Assembly (NCBI RefSeq): GCF_963921235.1
Contig: NC_086108.1
Location: forward strand, 27,964,001 to 28,028,000
Direction: 5' to 3'
Source of the DNA: Mobula hypostoma
Taxonomy: Eukaryota
Length of the DNA stretch: 64,000 nt
Under the pieces are notes generated by a model. It did no database searches, was not told the origin of the DNA, and saw only the letters and a program-made list of their open reading frames with translations. Positions 1 through 11,200 of the stretch are shown here, in pieces; positions within the stretch are counted from its first letter, which is position 1; each line of letters starts with the position of its first letter. The translations under genes were made by a program, and so were the position numbers.

Positions 1-157
1 AGAGGCTACTTGGAGCAGCCAATCCACACATCTTCAGGATGTGGGAGAAAACTGGAGCATGCAAGGGGACGTGCAAACTCCACACAAACTGTATCAGTGC
101 TCAGGACTGGACCTGGCTTTCTGGTCCTGTGAGGCAGTCGATCTACCAGCTGCACTA
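1..157 (-). mobile_element. tRNA-derived SINE fragment (HE1/V-SINE-like)
   Basis: gtgggagaaaactggagca...gtgcaaactccacaca...ctgtgaggcag...ctaccagctgcacta resembles the reverse complement of elasmobranch HE1-type SINEs; recognised by eye. Confidence 0.6.
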
Positions 158-1486
158 TTCTACCTCTTCTACTTAAATTGATGGGTAGACCATAACAGAA
201 AGATGTAATTCATCTCAGAGCTTTGATGATTATTCAGGTGGGTTTCCAATATCTATTGTTATGCTGTAGCGCAATGATTCTCTATGACCATAATCACCAT
301 TCCAATAGCAAATAGGTCTGTCCAGGCTCCCCTCACCCCTATGCTGTCCTGCTGATTTACATTCCCATTGAGAATCATTGCTTTCAGAATTCTGGCCCTG
401 GTGGAAGATAGAACTGGTTAATTCATGAGCTACACATAACTCCTGAAATCCTGTGTTGTCAATATGCCCCACCATAGTAAGGGTCCTAAATTACTTACCG
501 GCAGCAATAGGCCAATACTAATTTTGGTCAGTTTCACAATACTAATTATAGCTAACTACAATCAAGAATGAATTTCTTGGCTATTCTACAATGCCATAAA
601 ACTGCTTTTATTTGTGTGATTGTAATCTCTTTATTGTACTATTCATGTAAGTTCTTCCAATCCCTGAGCACAAAATTCTATTCCATAAAAAAATGTGCTG
701 GAACTTGAGAATATTTGTGGCAAGTCCAGCAGTGTTTGTTTGCTGAGTGTCATTATACATCAGCTTTAGTGTATATTGGTAACTATTAACATCACATTCT
801 TTATCCAAATGCTGCTTACATTTTAGACCTATTGATCCAATGCTGGATCAGTATTGGCAGTACACAGGCTGCCTGTCTAATTTGTCTATCAATGAAAAAA
901 TGTACAGTAAGCAGAAACTCAAATCTATAGTTTTACACTCACCCATGCACCAGCCTACAGACGCATGCTCATGCAAACATATGTACACGTATGTGTACAC
1001 AAACACACACATACACTAGTGTGCATGGTTGCCAACCATACATATACAGTATATATAGTGTATATAGTATACATACCCCTCCCCAAATGCACAGATGATA
1101 CAGACCTACATGTATGCATACAATGACACATGACATACATAGAGGTTGAACCCAACTTGTGCAGAGTGCTAAATATCAACTGCACAGAGTATACAACAGG
1201 TGTGTTCCAGTCGGAAGGAAGGAGAAGGATGGCAAGGTAAAAGAAACTTGGATATTGAAAGAGGTGATGAATTTAGTCCAGAAGGAAAAAGGAAAATTAT
1301 GTAAAGCTTAGGAAGCTAGAATCAAGCAGAGCTCTTGGGGATTATAAAGAAGCCAAAAAGAACTCAAGAAGAAAATTAGGAAAACCAGGACTGGCCATGG
1401 AAAGTCATTGGAAAGTAGGATTGCTGAAAATCCCAAGGCATTCAACACTTACGTTGAGAGAAAGTAGATAGCCAGAGAAAGGGTAG

Positions 1487-2058
1487 TTCCGAAAGGTTGT
1501 AACAGCCGGTTGGGGATAAGCTCCCATGACCTACTAAATGCTCCCCATGGCATGCATCACAAATAGTCTCTGACAACCAAGTCCAGCTCCTGGCCTTCAT
1601 GTGTGGCTTAGTCACTAAGCCCAGCGGAACCGTTTCTACTGACAGGAGAAGGGGAAAAGGGGGGTTATGATGCCTTAAAACCAGTTGCTTCAGGCAGATC
1701 AGCCGTGGCTGGCAGCTCAGCTAAGAGAAGGAAAACTCTGAACTTAATGTCCTCTGCCTTATGGCCATATCTACTCATTGGGAAGGCTTCAGGAGTAAAC
1801 TCTGAGAAAATATCGGGAGCTGGAGTCCCTAAGGCAATCCTATGTTGGGTTCAATGCTGACTGGCAACTCTTGCGATGCCACTGATGTCAAACTGTATCA
1901 CTCTCTGCCGTTCCTTTGGATTTCATCAGTTGCGTGTAAAGGGGGAGCCTGCTGCATGGGCAACAGCTTGCTCTCCATATCGCACTGCCCTGGCTTGTGT
2001 ATCATTGAGACAGCTGGGATGCAACATCCATAGTCGACCCCGATCAATGGACGGCATT
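1487..2058 (+). mobile_element. Non-coding retroposon (probably RTE-related) inserted in CR1
   Basis: Flanked by gggtag at 1481-1486 and 2059-2064; removing it restores the CR1 sequence; contains an agaaggaaaactctga motif of the kind seen in RTE 5' regions. Confidence 0.7.
1505..1648 (+). ncRNA. Putative HDV-like ribozyme (decayed copy)
   Basis: P2 CTCCTG(1587-92)/CAGGAG(1643-48), P3 GCC/GGC, L3 TTCATGTGT, GG after P1', J4/2 CTGA; P1 GCCGGTT/GCCCAGC has 2 mismatches. Confidence 0.55.
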
Positions 2059-3853
2059 GGGTAGGACCACTGAAGGATAGAATGGAAAACATTTGCTTGT
2101 ATGCAGAGGATGCGGGCGAGGTCCTTAAAGAGTGCTTTACATTAGTATTTACCAAGGAGAAGGACCTGGAGGATGGGGAGATCAGTAGATCAGCCTCAAG
2201 TGTATTGATATGCTCTGGTTTTTTGAGGTAAAGGAGGTGGTAGTGTTGGGTCTTTTAATAAGAATTAAGGTAGATAAGCCCCAGTGTCTGATAGAACGTA
2301 CCTCAGGTTATTGTGAGAGGCAAGAGAAGAGATTGCTGCATCCTTGACCAAAATTTCATGTCCCCTCTGGCCACAGGCAAGATCCTGGAGGACTGGTGAT
2401 CAGCTAATGTTTTTCCTTTATTCAAGAAGGGAACCTGGGATAATCCTGGAAACTACAAACCAGTGACTCTCCCATCAGAGGTATGGAAATTGTTGCGGAG
2501 CATACTTAGGGATAGGATTGGAAAAGCATGGCCTAATTAGGGAGAGCCAGCATGGCTTTGTGTGGACTTTCCAAAAGAAAGGTCATGTACACTTATAATA
2601 GGATCATCCATATTTTATTAATCATTTGGTTCAGAATGTGACTTATTTTGTAAGGCAAGTCATGTCTTACTAACTTGGTTGAGATTTTGCCAAGGTGACA
2701 AAGGTGACTGATGTTGTTTACATGGATTTTAGTAAGGTATTTGAGGCCTTATCCAGAAGATTAAGATGCATGGGATCCATGGCGAATTGGCCATTTGGAT
2801 TCAGAACTGGCCTGCCCATAGCAGACATAGAGTAGTGGTAAAAGGGACTTATTCTAGCTGGAGGTTTTTGATTAGTGGTGTTCCACAGGGATCTGTCTGG
2901 AACCTCTGCTGTTTGTGATGTATATAAATCATCTGGATGAAAATATAGATGGGTGAGTTATTAAGATTGTAGATTATATGAAAATAGGTGGTGTTGTAGA
3001 TAGTGTAGAAGACTGGCAAAGAATACAGTGGTACATAGATCATTTGCAGATGGAGTTTAAACTGATCAAATGTGAACTGTTGCACCTTGGTAGGTCAAAT
3101 GTAGAGACAGTACACTGTTAAGGACAAGATCTTGTACACTGTTGCTAAACAGAGGGAGCTTGATGTCTAAGTTCACAGCTCCCTGAAAGTGGCTACAGAG
3201 GTTGATAAGATGGTTCAGAAATTGTATGGCATGCTTGCCTTTACAGTATTAGTTAAGGCACTGAGTTCAAATGTCAGGAATTTAGGTTGCAGCTTTAAAA
3301 AAAACTCCAGTTAGGTCACATCTGGAGTATTGCATACAGTTTTGGTCACCCCATTATAAAAAGGAAGTTGAGGCTTTGGAGAAGGTGCAGAAGAGGTTTA
3401 CCAGCATGCCGTCTGGATTACAGGGCTGTGTTACACCGAGAGGTTAGAAAACTTGGGGTGTTTTCTCTTGAGTGGCGGAAGCTGAGGAGAGATCTATCTG
3501 ATAAAAGTTTATAAGATTATGAGAGGCATAAATAGAGTAGACAGACAGTATCTTCTTCCCAGGGTTGAAATGTTAAAGACCAGGGAGCATACAGTTAAGG
3601 TGAAAGGAGGTCATCTAAAAGTAAATGAGAGGGCAATTTTTTTTTTACACAGGCAGTGGTGGGCGCCTGGTATGTGCTGCCTAGGGTAGAGGCAGAAACA
3701 CTGGAGACTTTTAATAGAAGTTTAGATAGGTGCATGAATGTGAGGGAAATGGAGGGATATGGACATTGTGTAGGCAGAAGAGATTAGTTTAGTTACTGTT
3801 TGATTACTAATTTAATTGGTTCTGAGCCTGTTCCTGTGCTCTACTGTTCTATG

Positions 3854-4674
3854 ATAGAAGATATACCTTATTAATCCAGAGAGAAATTTGATTTTGTTAC
3901 AGCCGCACCAACCAAGAATAGAGCGTAAATATAGCAATACAGAAAACCCCAACAGTCAAACAACAAAATGCAAAACTATGCCAGGTGGAAAATAAGTCCA
4001 GGACCAGTCTATTGGCTCAGGGTGTCTGACCCTCCAAGGGAGGAGCTGCAAGTTCGATGGCCACAGGCAGGAACGACCTCCCGTGCCGCCAAGTGTTGTA
4101 TCACGGTGGAATATGGCCGATGTCCAACAGTAAAAAGCTCAATATCCAGTCTGCAAACACATTCCTCGATCTTAATATACCCTGGATTGCACCATCAGTT
4201 GTTAGCCAGATCAGTAAGCACCCAACTCCTTTACGCTTACCGCTCTCAGTGCACTTCCGGTCAGGCGGAATGGTATTACCCACCGAACTCCTCTTCTCCA
4301 AAAGTCTCTGTTGCTTCGACCCGGTCCTCTTTCCTCGGCTTTGTGATCCCCCTCTGCATCCTCTGTGTGCTTTCCTCCGGATTTCAGCAGGGGTGTCTGC
4401 CACTCTGTTCGCTAAGCCGGCCTGAATTTGCTGGTCCGTGAAATACACAATGCGACCTTGCTTCAGTCCCGCGTGTCGGGATGTAACCATTTCCAGTGCT
4501 AAAGAAAACCCAAATAAAACTCTCTCTACCAGCATGTCAGAGAGGGTGCCGCTTCGACGTGTTACAGTGAGAAAAAAATACAAAAAATAATGCAAATTAA
4601 AAGTAAGAAGAGGAAAGTAAAAGAATAGATCGGAACGGCTGTACCAGGCTGCATGCACGACCAGCGCATGCGCA
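3854..4674 (-). mobile_element. Internally deleted, non-autonomous Rex1/Babar-like LINE derivative
   Basis: Minus strand encodes RRKAHRGCRGG (pre-endonuclease leader) close to RSFLPVAI (ORF C-terminus); tail aatttctctctggattaataaggtat resembles the Rex1-type tail at 17916-17945. Confidence 0.65.
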
Positions 4675-4675
4675 C

Positions 4676-7600
4676 TATATTGGAATGGTTGGGGGGTGGG
4701 AATCAAATTAAAGAGGCTAGGTGTGGGAGGTTAGTTCACAACAGAGGGATGGGAACCAGTGCAGAGAGACAGAGGGGTGTAAAGTGAGCGTAGAAGCAAA
4801 AAGTACAAAGGGGAAAAGTAAAAGTGGCAGGCCGACAAATCCAGGGCAAGCATTAAAAAGGGCTAAGAGAGTTGTAAAAGAGCGCCTGAAGGCTTTATGT
4901 GTCAATGCAAGGAGCATTCGTAATAAGGTGGATGAATTGAAAGTGCAGATTGTTATTAATGATTATGATATAGTTGGGATCACAGAGACATGGCTCCAGG
5001 GTGACCAGGGATGGGAGCTCAACATTCAGGGATATTCAATATTCAGGAGGGATAGACATGAAGGAAGGGGAGGTGGGGTGGCGTTGCTGGTTAAAAAAGA
5101 GATTAACGCAATAGAAAGGAAGGACATAAGCCGGGAAGATGTGGAATCGATATGGGTAGAGCTGCATAACACTAAGGGGCAGAAGACGCTGGTGGGAGTT
5201 GTGTACAGGCCACCTAACAGTAGTAGTGAGGTCGGAGATGGTACTAAACAGGAAATTAGAAATGTGAGCAATAAAGGAACAGCAGTTATAATGGGTGACT
5301 TCAATCTACATGTAGACTGGGTGAACCAAATTGGTAAAGGTGCTGAGGAAGAGGATTTCTTGGAATGTATGCGGGATGGTTTTTTGAACCAACATGTCAA
5401 GGAACCGACTAGAGAGCAGGCTATTCTGGACTGGGTTTTGAGCAATGAGGAAGGGTTAATTAGCGATCTTGTCGTGAGAGGCCCCTTGGGTAAGAGTGAC
5501 CATAATATGGTGGAATTCTTCATTAAGATGGAGAGTGACATAGTTAATTCAGAAACAAAGGTTCTGAACTTAAAGAGGGGTAACTTTGAAGGTATGAGTC
5601 GTGAATTAGCTAAGATAGACTGGCAAATGACACTTAAAGGATTGACGGTGGATATGCAATGGCAGGCATTTAAAGGTTGCATGGATGAACTACAACAATT
5701 GTTCATCCCAGTTTGGCAAAAGAATAAATCAAGGAAGGTAGTGCACCCGTGGCTGACAAGAGAAATTAGGGATAGTATCAATTCCAAAGAAGTAGCATAC
5801 AAATTAGCCAGAGAAAGTGGCTCACCTGAGGACTGGGAGAAATTCAGAGTTCAGCAGAGGAGGACAAAGGGCTTAATTAGGAAGGGGAAAAAAGATTATG
5901 AGAGAAAACTGGCAGAGAACATAAAAACGGACTGTAAAAGCTTTTATAGATATGTAAAAAGGAAAAGACTGATAAAGACAAATGTAGGTCCCCTGCAGAC
6001 AGAAACAGGTGAATTGATTATGGGGAGCAAGGACATGTCAGACCAATTGAATAATTACTTTGGTTCTGTCTTCACTAAGGAGGACATAAATAATCTTCCA
6101 GAAATAGTAAGGGACAGAGGGTCCAGTGAGATGGAGGAACTGAGTGAAATACATGTTAGTAGGGAAGTGGTGTTAGGTAAATTGAAGGGATTGAAGGCAG
6201 ATAAATCCCCAGGGCCAGATGGTCTGCATCCCAGAGTGCTTAAGGAAGTAGCCCAAGAAATAGTGGATGCATTAGTGATAATTTTTCAAAACTCGTTAGA
6301 TTCTGGACTAGTTCCTGAGGATTGGAGGGTGGCTAATGTAACCCCACTTTTTAAAAAAGGAGGGAGAGAGAAACCGGGGAATTATAGGCCGGTTAGCCTA
6401 ACGTCGGTGGTGGGGAAACTGCTGGAGTCAGTTATCAAGGATGTGATAACAGCACATTTGGAAAGCGGTGAAATGATCGGACAAAGTCAGCATGGATTTG
6501 TGAAAGGAAAATCATGTCTGACGAATCTCATAGAATTTTTTGAGGATGTAACTAGTAGAGTGGATAGGGGAGAACCAGTGGAAGTGGTATATTTGGATTT
6601 TCAAAAGGCTTTTGACAAGGTCCCACACAGGAGATTAGTGTGCAAACTTAAAGCACACGGTATTGGGGGTAAGGTATTGGTGTGGGTGGAGAATTGGTTA
6701 GCAGGCAGGAAGCAAAGAGTGGGAATAAACGGGACCTTTTCAGAATGGCAGGCGGTGACTAGTGGGGTACCGCAAGGCTCAGTGCTGGGACCACAGTTGT
6801 TTACAATATATATTAATGACTTGGATGAGGGAATTAAATGCAGCATCTCCAAGTTTGCGGATGACACGAAGCTGGGTGGCAGTGTTAGCAGTGAGGAGGA
6901 TGCTAAGAGGATGCAGGGTGACTTGGATAGGTTGGGTGAGTGGGCAAACTCATGGCAGATGCAATTTAATGTGGATAAATGTGAAGTTATCCACTTTGGT
7001 GGCAAAAATAGGAAAACAGATTATTATCTGAATGGTGGCCGATTAGGAAAAGGGGAGGTGCAACGAGACCTGGGCGTCATTATACACCAGTCATTGAAAG
7101 TGGGCATGCAGGTACAGCAGGCGGTGAAAAAGGCGAACGGTATGCTGGCATTTATAGCGAGAGGATTCGAGTACAGGAGCAGGGAGGTACTACTGCAGTT
7201 GTACAAGGCCTTGGTGAGACCACACCTGGAGTATTGTGTGCAGTTTTGGTCCCCTAATCTGAGGAAAGACATCTTTGCCATAGAGGGAGTACAAAGAAGG
7301 TTCACCAGATTGATTCCTGGGATGGCAGGTCTTTCATATGAAGAAAGACTGGATGAACTGGGCTTGTACTCGTTGGAATTTAGAAGATTGAGGGGGGATC
7401 TGATTGAAACGTATAAGATCCTAAAGGGATTGGACAGGCTAGATGCGGGAAGATTGTTCCCGATGTTGGGGAGGTCCAGAACGAGGGGTCACAGTTTGAG
7501 GATAGAGGGGAAGCCTTTTAGGACCGAGATTAGGAATGAATCTGTGGAATTCTCTGCCACAGCAAACTGTTGAGGCCGGTTCATTGGCTGTGTTTAAGAG

Positions 7601-7761
7601 GAAGTTAGATATGGCCCTTGTGGCTACAGGGGTCAGGGGGTATGGAGGGAAGGCTGGGTTCTGAGTTGGATGATCAGCCATGATCATAATAAATGGCGGT
7701 GCAGGCTCGAAGGGCCGAATGGCCTACTCCTGCACCTATTTTCTATGTTTCTATATTCTAT
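4676..7761 (+). mobile_element. Young CR1 LINE, 5'-truncated (no ORF1), with 3' UTR
   Basis: Long EN+RT ORF; 3' UTR gaagggccgaatggcctactcctgcacct followed by a (ttctatg/a)n tail. Confidence 0.97.
4721..7573 (+). CDS. CR1 ORF2: APE endonuclease + reverse transcriptase (950 aa open; C-terminus frameshifted)
   Basis: NARS, GITETW, GDFN, SDH (APE); KSPGPDG, NYRPVSL, DFQKAFD, GVPQGSVLGP, FADD (RT). The start is GTG, not ATG; a deletion near 7536 removes KNFFTQRVV. Confidence 0.93.
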   Translation: MWEVSSQQRDGNQCRETEGCKVSVEAKSTKGKSKSGRPTNPGQALKRAKRVVKERLKALCVNARSIRNKVDELKVQIVINDYDIVGITETWLQGDQGWELNIQGYSIFRRDRHEGRGGGVALLVKKEINAIERKDISREDVESIWVELHNTKGQKTLVGVVYRPPNSSSEVGDGTKQEIRNVSNKGTAVIMGDFNLHVDWVNQIGKGAEEEDFLECMRDGFLNQHVKEPTREQAILDWVLSNEEGLISDLVVRGPLGKSDHNMVEFFIKMESDIVNSETKVLNLKRGNFEGMSRELAKIDWQMTLKGLTVDMQWQAFKGCMDELQQLFIPVWQKNKSRKVVHPWLTREIRDSINSKEVAYKLARESGSPEDWEKFRVQQRRTKGLIRKGKKDYERKLAENIKTDCKSFYRYVKRKRLIKTNVGPLQTETGELIMGSKDMSDQLNNYFGSVFTKEDINNLPEIVRDRGSSEMEELSEIHVSREVVLGKLKGLKADKSPGPDGLHPRVLKEVAQEIVDALVIIFQNSLDSGLVPEDWRVANVTPLFKKGGREKPGNYRPVSLTSVVGKLLESVIKDVITAHLESGEMIGQSQHGFVKGKSCLTNLIEFFEDVTSRVDRGEPVEVVYLDFQKAFDKVPHRRLVCKLKAHGIGGKVLVWVENWLAGRKQRVGINGTFSEWQAVTSGVPQGSVLGPQLFTIYINDLDEGIKCSISKFADDTKLGGSVSSEEDAKRMQGDLDRLGEWANSWQMQFNVDKCEVIHFGGKNRKTDYYLNGGRLGKGEVQRDLGVIIHQSLKVGMQVQQAVKKANGMLAFIARGFEYRSREVLLQLYKALVRPHLEYCVQFWSPNLRKDIFAIEGVQRRFTRLIPGMAGLSYEERLDELGLYSLEFRRLRGDLIETYKILKGLDRLDAGRLFPMLGRSRTRGHSLRIEGKPFRTEIRNESVEFSATANC

Positions 7762-7767
7762 GTTGTA

Positions 7768-7768
<1 letters not shown>

Positions 7769-7805
<37 letters not shown>

Positions 7806-7809
7806 ACAC
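7769..7809. repeat. (CA)n microsatellite
   Basis: Direct reading. Confidence 0.98.
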
Positions 7810-8204
7810 GCGCGTATGGATACAATACAGACACACACAAAACATATCTTACACAGACTTTTATATCAGTGGTCAGCAGGATATATGCAAAAGTGTCGTG
7901 TTACCATCATCCATTTGGAAGAATCAGACTTGCAGTTCCTAAAATGTGTTTGTGCAGGTCAACTGTTTGCAGAGTGCAAGTGATTTCATTTTAACTCAGC
8001 TCAACAGAACCTGTTGGCCAACTCTGTTCAATTATTTTTTATAGCTTAAGTTGAGTAATTGAATGCAATAATACATAAGGAGCAGAACCTGCCACAAGGA
8101 TAAGTTGTAGGTTAAATACAGCAATGAAATTTTCAATCTGAACCAAGCACCGATACTCCATTTATATCTTCTTAGGAATAACTAAAAGTTAATAGTAACC
8201 TGTT

Positions 8205-11200
8205 TGTGGCGATGTCACGTGCAATGATGTGTCGGTACATGGTTGGACAGAGCACAGAGCTTGCGCGGGATTACCAGAATGTTCCAGCATGTGGCTGGGT
8301 TAAGACGTGTTTGTTTATTACTGTAAATAAAAGTTCTCTAATACTTCCAGAATATGATTCTTTACTGTTAACCCACGGTACGTTTAAACAGAAGTAACAT
8401 AACATGGTGTCAGAACTGGTTCTGGAAGAATAATATGGGAGAATCGAAGATAATCGAAAAAAGAGAAGAAGAAAAAAGTTCGAACTGTAAACAGTAAAAT
8501 GGAATGTTTACAACCCCCACCAAAACTTCAGCTGACTGGCAAAGTAGATGAGAATTGGAGGATATTCAAGCAACAGTTTGAACTGTACTTAAAGGCGATC
8601 GATTATGAAGAAAAATCAGAAAAAACCAAAGCTGCGCTTTTGATCCATGTAATCAGGAATGATGCAGTAGAGTTATATATTAATTTTGCCTTTGAAGATG
8701 GAGATAATTTCAATTTAAAATCGATAATGACAGATTTGGAGTATTTTGTATACCTAAGCAGAATTTAACTTACGAGCGATATAAATTCTTCACATGTGCA
8801 CAGAGACGCTGAAACTATTGATCAGTATGTTACTGAGTTAAGAAAGCGTAGTAGAACATGCAAGTTTGGATTGCTCACGGACTCTCTCATTAAAGATAGA
8901 CTTGTTTGTGGCATTTGAGATAATGCTCTGAGAGAAAGGCTGTTGAGAGAGCAAGATTTAAATTTTGAAAAAGCTTTGGCATTTTGCAAAGCTTCTGAGA
9001 CCATGACATTGCAGGCTGAAGCACTTTTTGTCGAAAACTTCAATGTAAATGCTGTGAAAAAGCACGAATACATCAAGAAATATAATAATACACCAACGAA
9101 ACTGACAGAGAGCAAGATGGCATTGGAACGAAAAAAGTTATATGATTGCTGTGCGCGGGAACATCGCCCAAATCAGTGTCCCGCATGTGGTAAAATTTGT
9201 AATGGCTGCGGTAAAATTAGTCATTTTTCACGCTGTTGTAAAAGCAGAAAGAAGGAAAATAAAATGAAACAAGTAAATGCTGTGTTTGAAAATGAACATG
9301 AAGAATTTTACATAGATGTGCTTTGTGAAAATAAACCAAGTAACAATGACTGGACTATTCTGTTGCAAGTGTTTCAAAACAATATTCTGTTTAAACCTGA
9401 TACTGGAGCGCAAGTAAATGTTCTTGCAGAATTTGAGTTTAATGCTTTCAAGCCAAGACCGAAGTTACATCAGACAAATAAAAAGTGACTGGGTATTCAG
9501 GTGCAGACATTCCAGTTAAAGAAACATGCTTGGCAAAGGTATCACACAAAAATATTGTGCACACACTTTCATTTGTGGTCCTGCCAAAAAATGTACAGTC
9601 AATTCTGGGTTTATCTGCCTGTGAAAGACTTAATTTGGTGAAAAGAATTTTAGTCCTGGATAGCAACACAAAGTCAGAATACAGTGATTTGATGAAAGAG
9701 TATGAAGACTTGTTTAAAGGGCTTGGTTATCTTCCAGCAGAGCACTCAATTAAAATTGACAATACAGTGCAATCCATAATACATCCACGCAGAAAAGTAC
9801 CTTTTGCATTACGTCATCAACTGAAAACAGAGCTAGATGGAATGGAAAGGCTAGGAGTCATTAAAAAAATGGTGAACCAACTGAACAGGTCAATTCGCTT
9901 GTCATTGTTGATAAGAAAAATGGAAAACTGAGGATTTGTTTAGATCCAAGAGACCTGAATCGGGCCACTAAAAGAGAGCATTTCAAATTGCCTACTCATG
10001 AAGAAATTATGTCACAGTTTGCTAATGCAAAGTATTTTAGTAAATTTGATGCATCCTCCGGATTCTGGCAACTTAAGTTAGATGAACCGAGTTTAAAATT
10101 GTGTACCTTTAACACTGCTGTTGCCTGATACTGTTTTCTTAGGCTTCCTTTGAGAATTGCATCAGCTCCTGAAGTGTACCATAAAACCATTCACATGCTA
10201 TATGAGCACATTGAGGGCATAGATGCATCCATGGATAATATTATTATTTGGGGATCAACTAAACAAGAGCACGATGCCAGGCTCAGACAAGTCTTTGAGG
10301 CAACACGCAAGGCTAACCTGAAATTGAATAAAGACAAATGTCAGCTAGGAGTGACTGAACTTAAATTTGTGGGTGATACCATCAGCAAAGAGGGTGTGCG
10401 TCCTGATCCATCGAAGATTTCTGCTACTGAGAACATGCCAAGACCGCAATGTGAAATGGATGTTCAGAGGTTTATGGGAATGGTTAACTATATGGGAAAA
10501 TTAATACCCAATCTCTCGGAACAGCTTGCTCCATTGAGGTAGCTAACAGAAAAGAGAAATGAATGAAGCTAGAACCATGAACAGGAGAAGGCATGGAAAA
10601 ATCCCAAGAAAGTACTCACAAAAGAACCTGTGTTGAAATTTTATGATGCTGAGAGACCCATCAAAATCTCATGTGGTGCATCTCAATTGGGCTTAGAGGC
10701 CGTATTATTCCAGAAACATGATCAGGAATAGCTACCACTGGCATATGCACCTTGTTCATTATCTGATCCAGAAACAAGGTATGCCCACATTGAAAAAGAA
10801 TTGCTCAGCATTATGTTTGCTTGTGAGAGATTTCATCAGCTTGTGTCAGGGTAATCTATTGATGTTGAAACCGATCATAAGCCGTTGATTGCATTGTTTA
10901 ACAAACTTTTAAGTGGCTGTCCTTTGCGAATTCAGCGAATGATGATCAAATTGCAAAGATATGCACTGAAAGTGTCATACACACCTGGAATTCATGCACA
11001 TGGCTGAGACACGTTCCAGAGCTGTGGATCCAACAACAAAAGACAGTCACAGGAACATTATTGATGTTCAGGTATTCATTGATATGGTCATGGAAACTGT
11101 ACCTGATGCTCCCAAAAAGTTGGAACTGCTGCGTCTGGAAACAGAGAAGGACAAAATTCTCAGTCAGGTAATACAAGTGGTGTTGGATGGATGGCCAGAT

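Larger units (their letters stand above)
1206..3852 (+). mobile_element. Decayed 5'-truncated CR1 LINE, interrupted by an insertion at 1487-2058
   Basis: Degenerate RT motifs (ggaaactacaaaccagtga ~ GNYKPV; agtggtgttccacagggatctg ~ SGVPQGS), many stops and frameshifts, CR1-type 3' end cctgttcctgtgctctactgttctatg. Confidence 0.9.

Noticed and set aside
230..475. 81-aa ORF and a nearby minus-strand donor-like gtaagt at ~498
   Set aside because: No homology recognised and no credible coding exon upstream of the donor
5026..7305. Antisense ORFs (258, 134 and 93 aa)
   Set aside because: Shadow frames of CR1 ORF2
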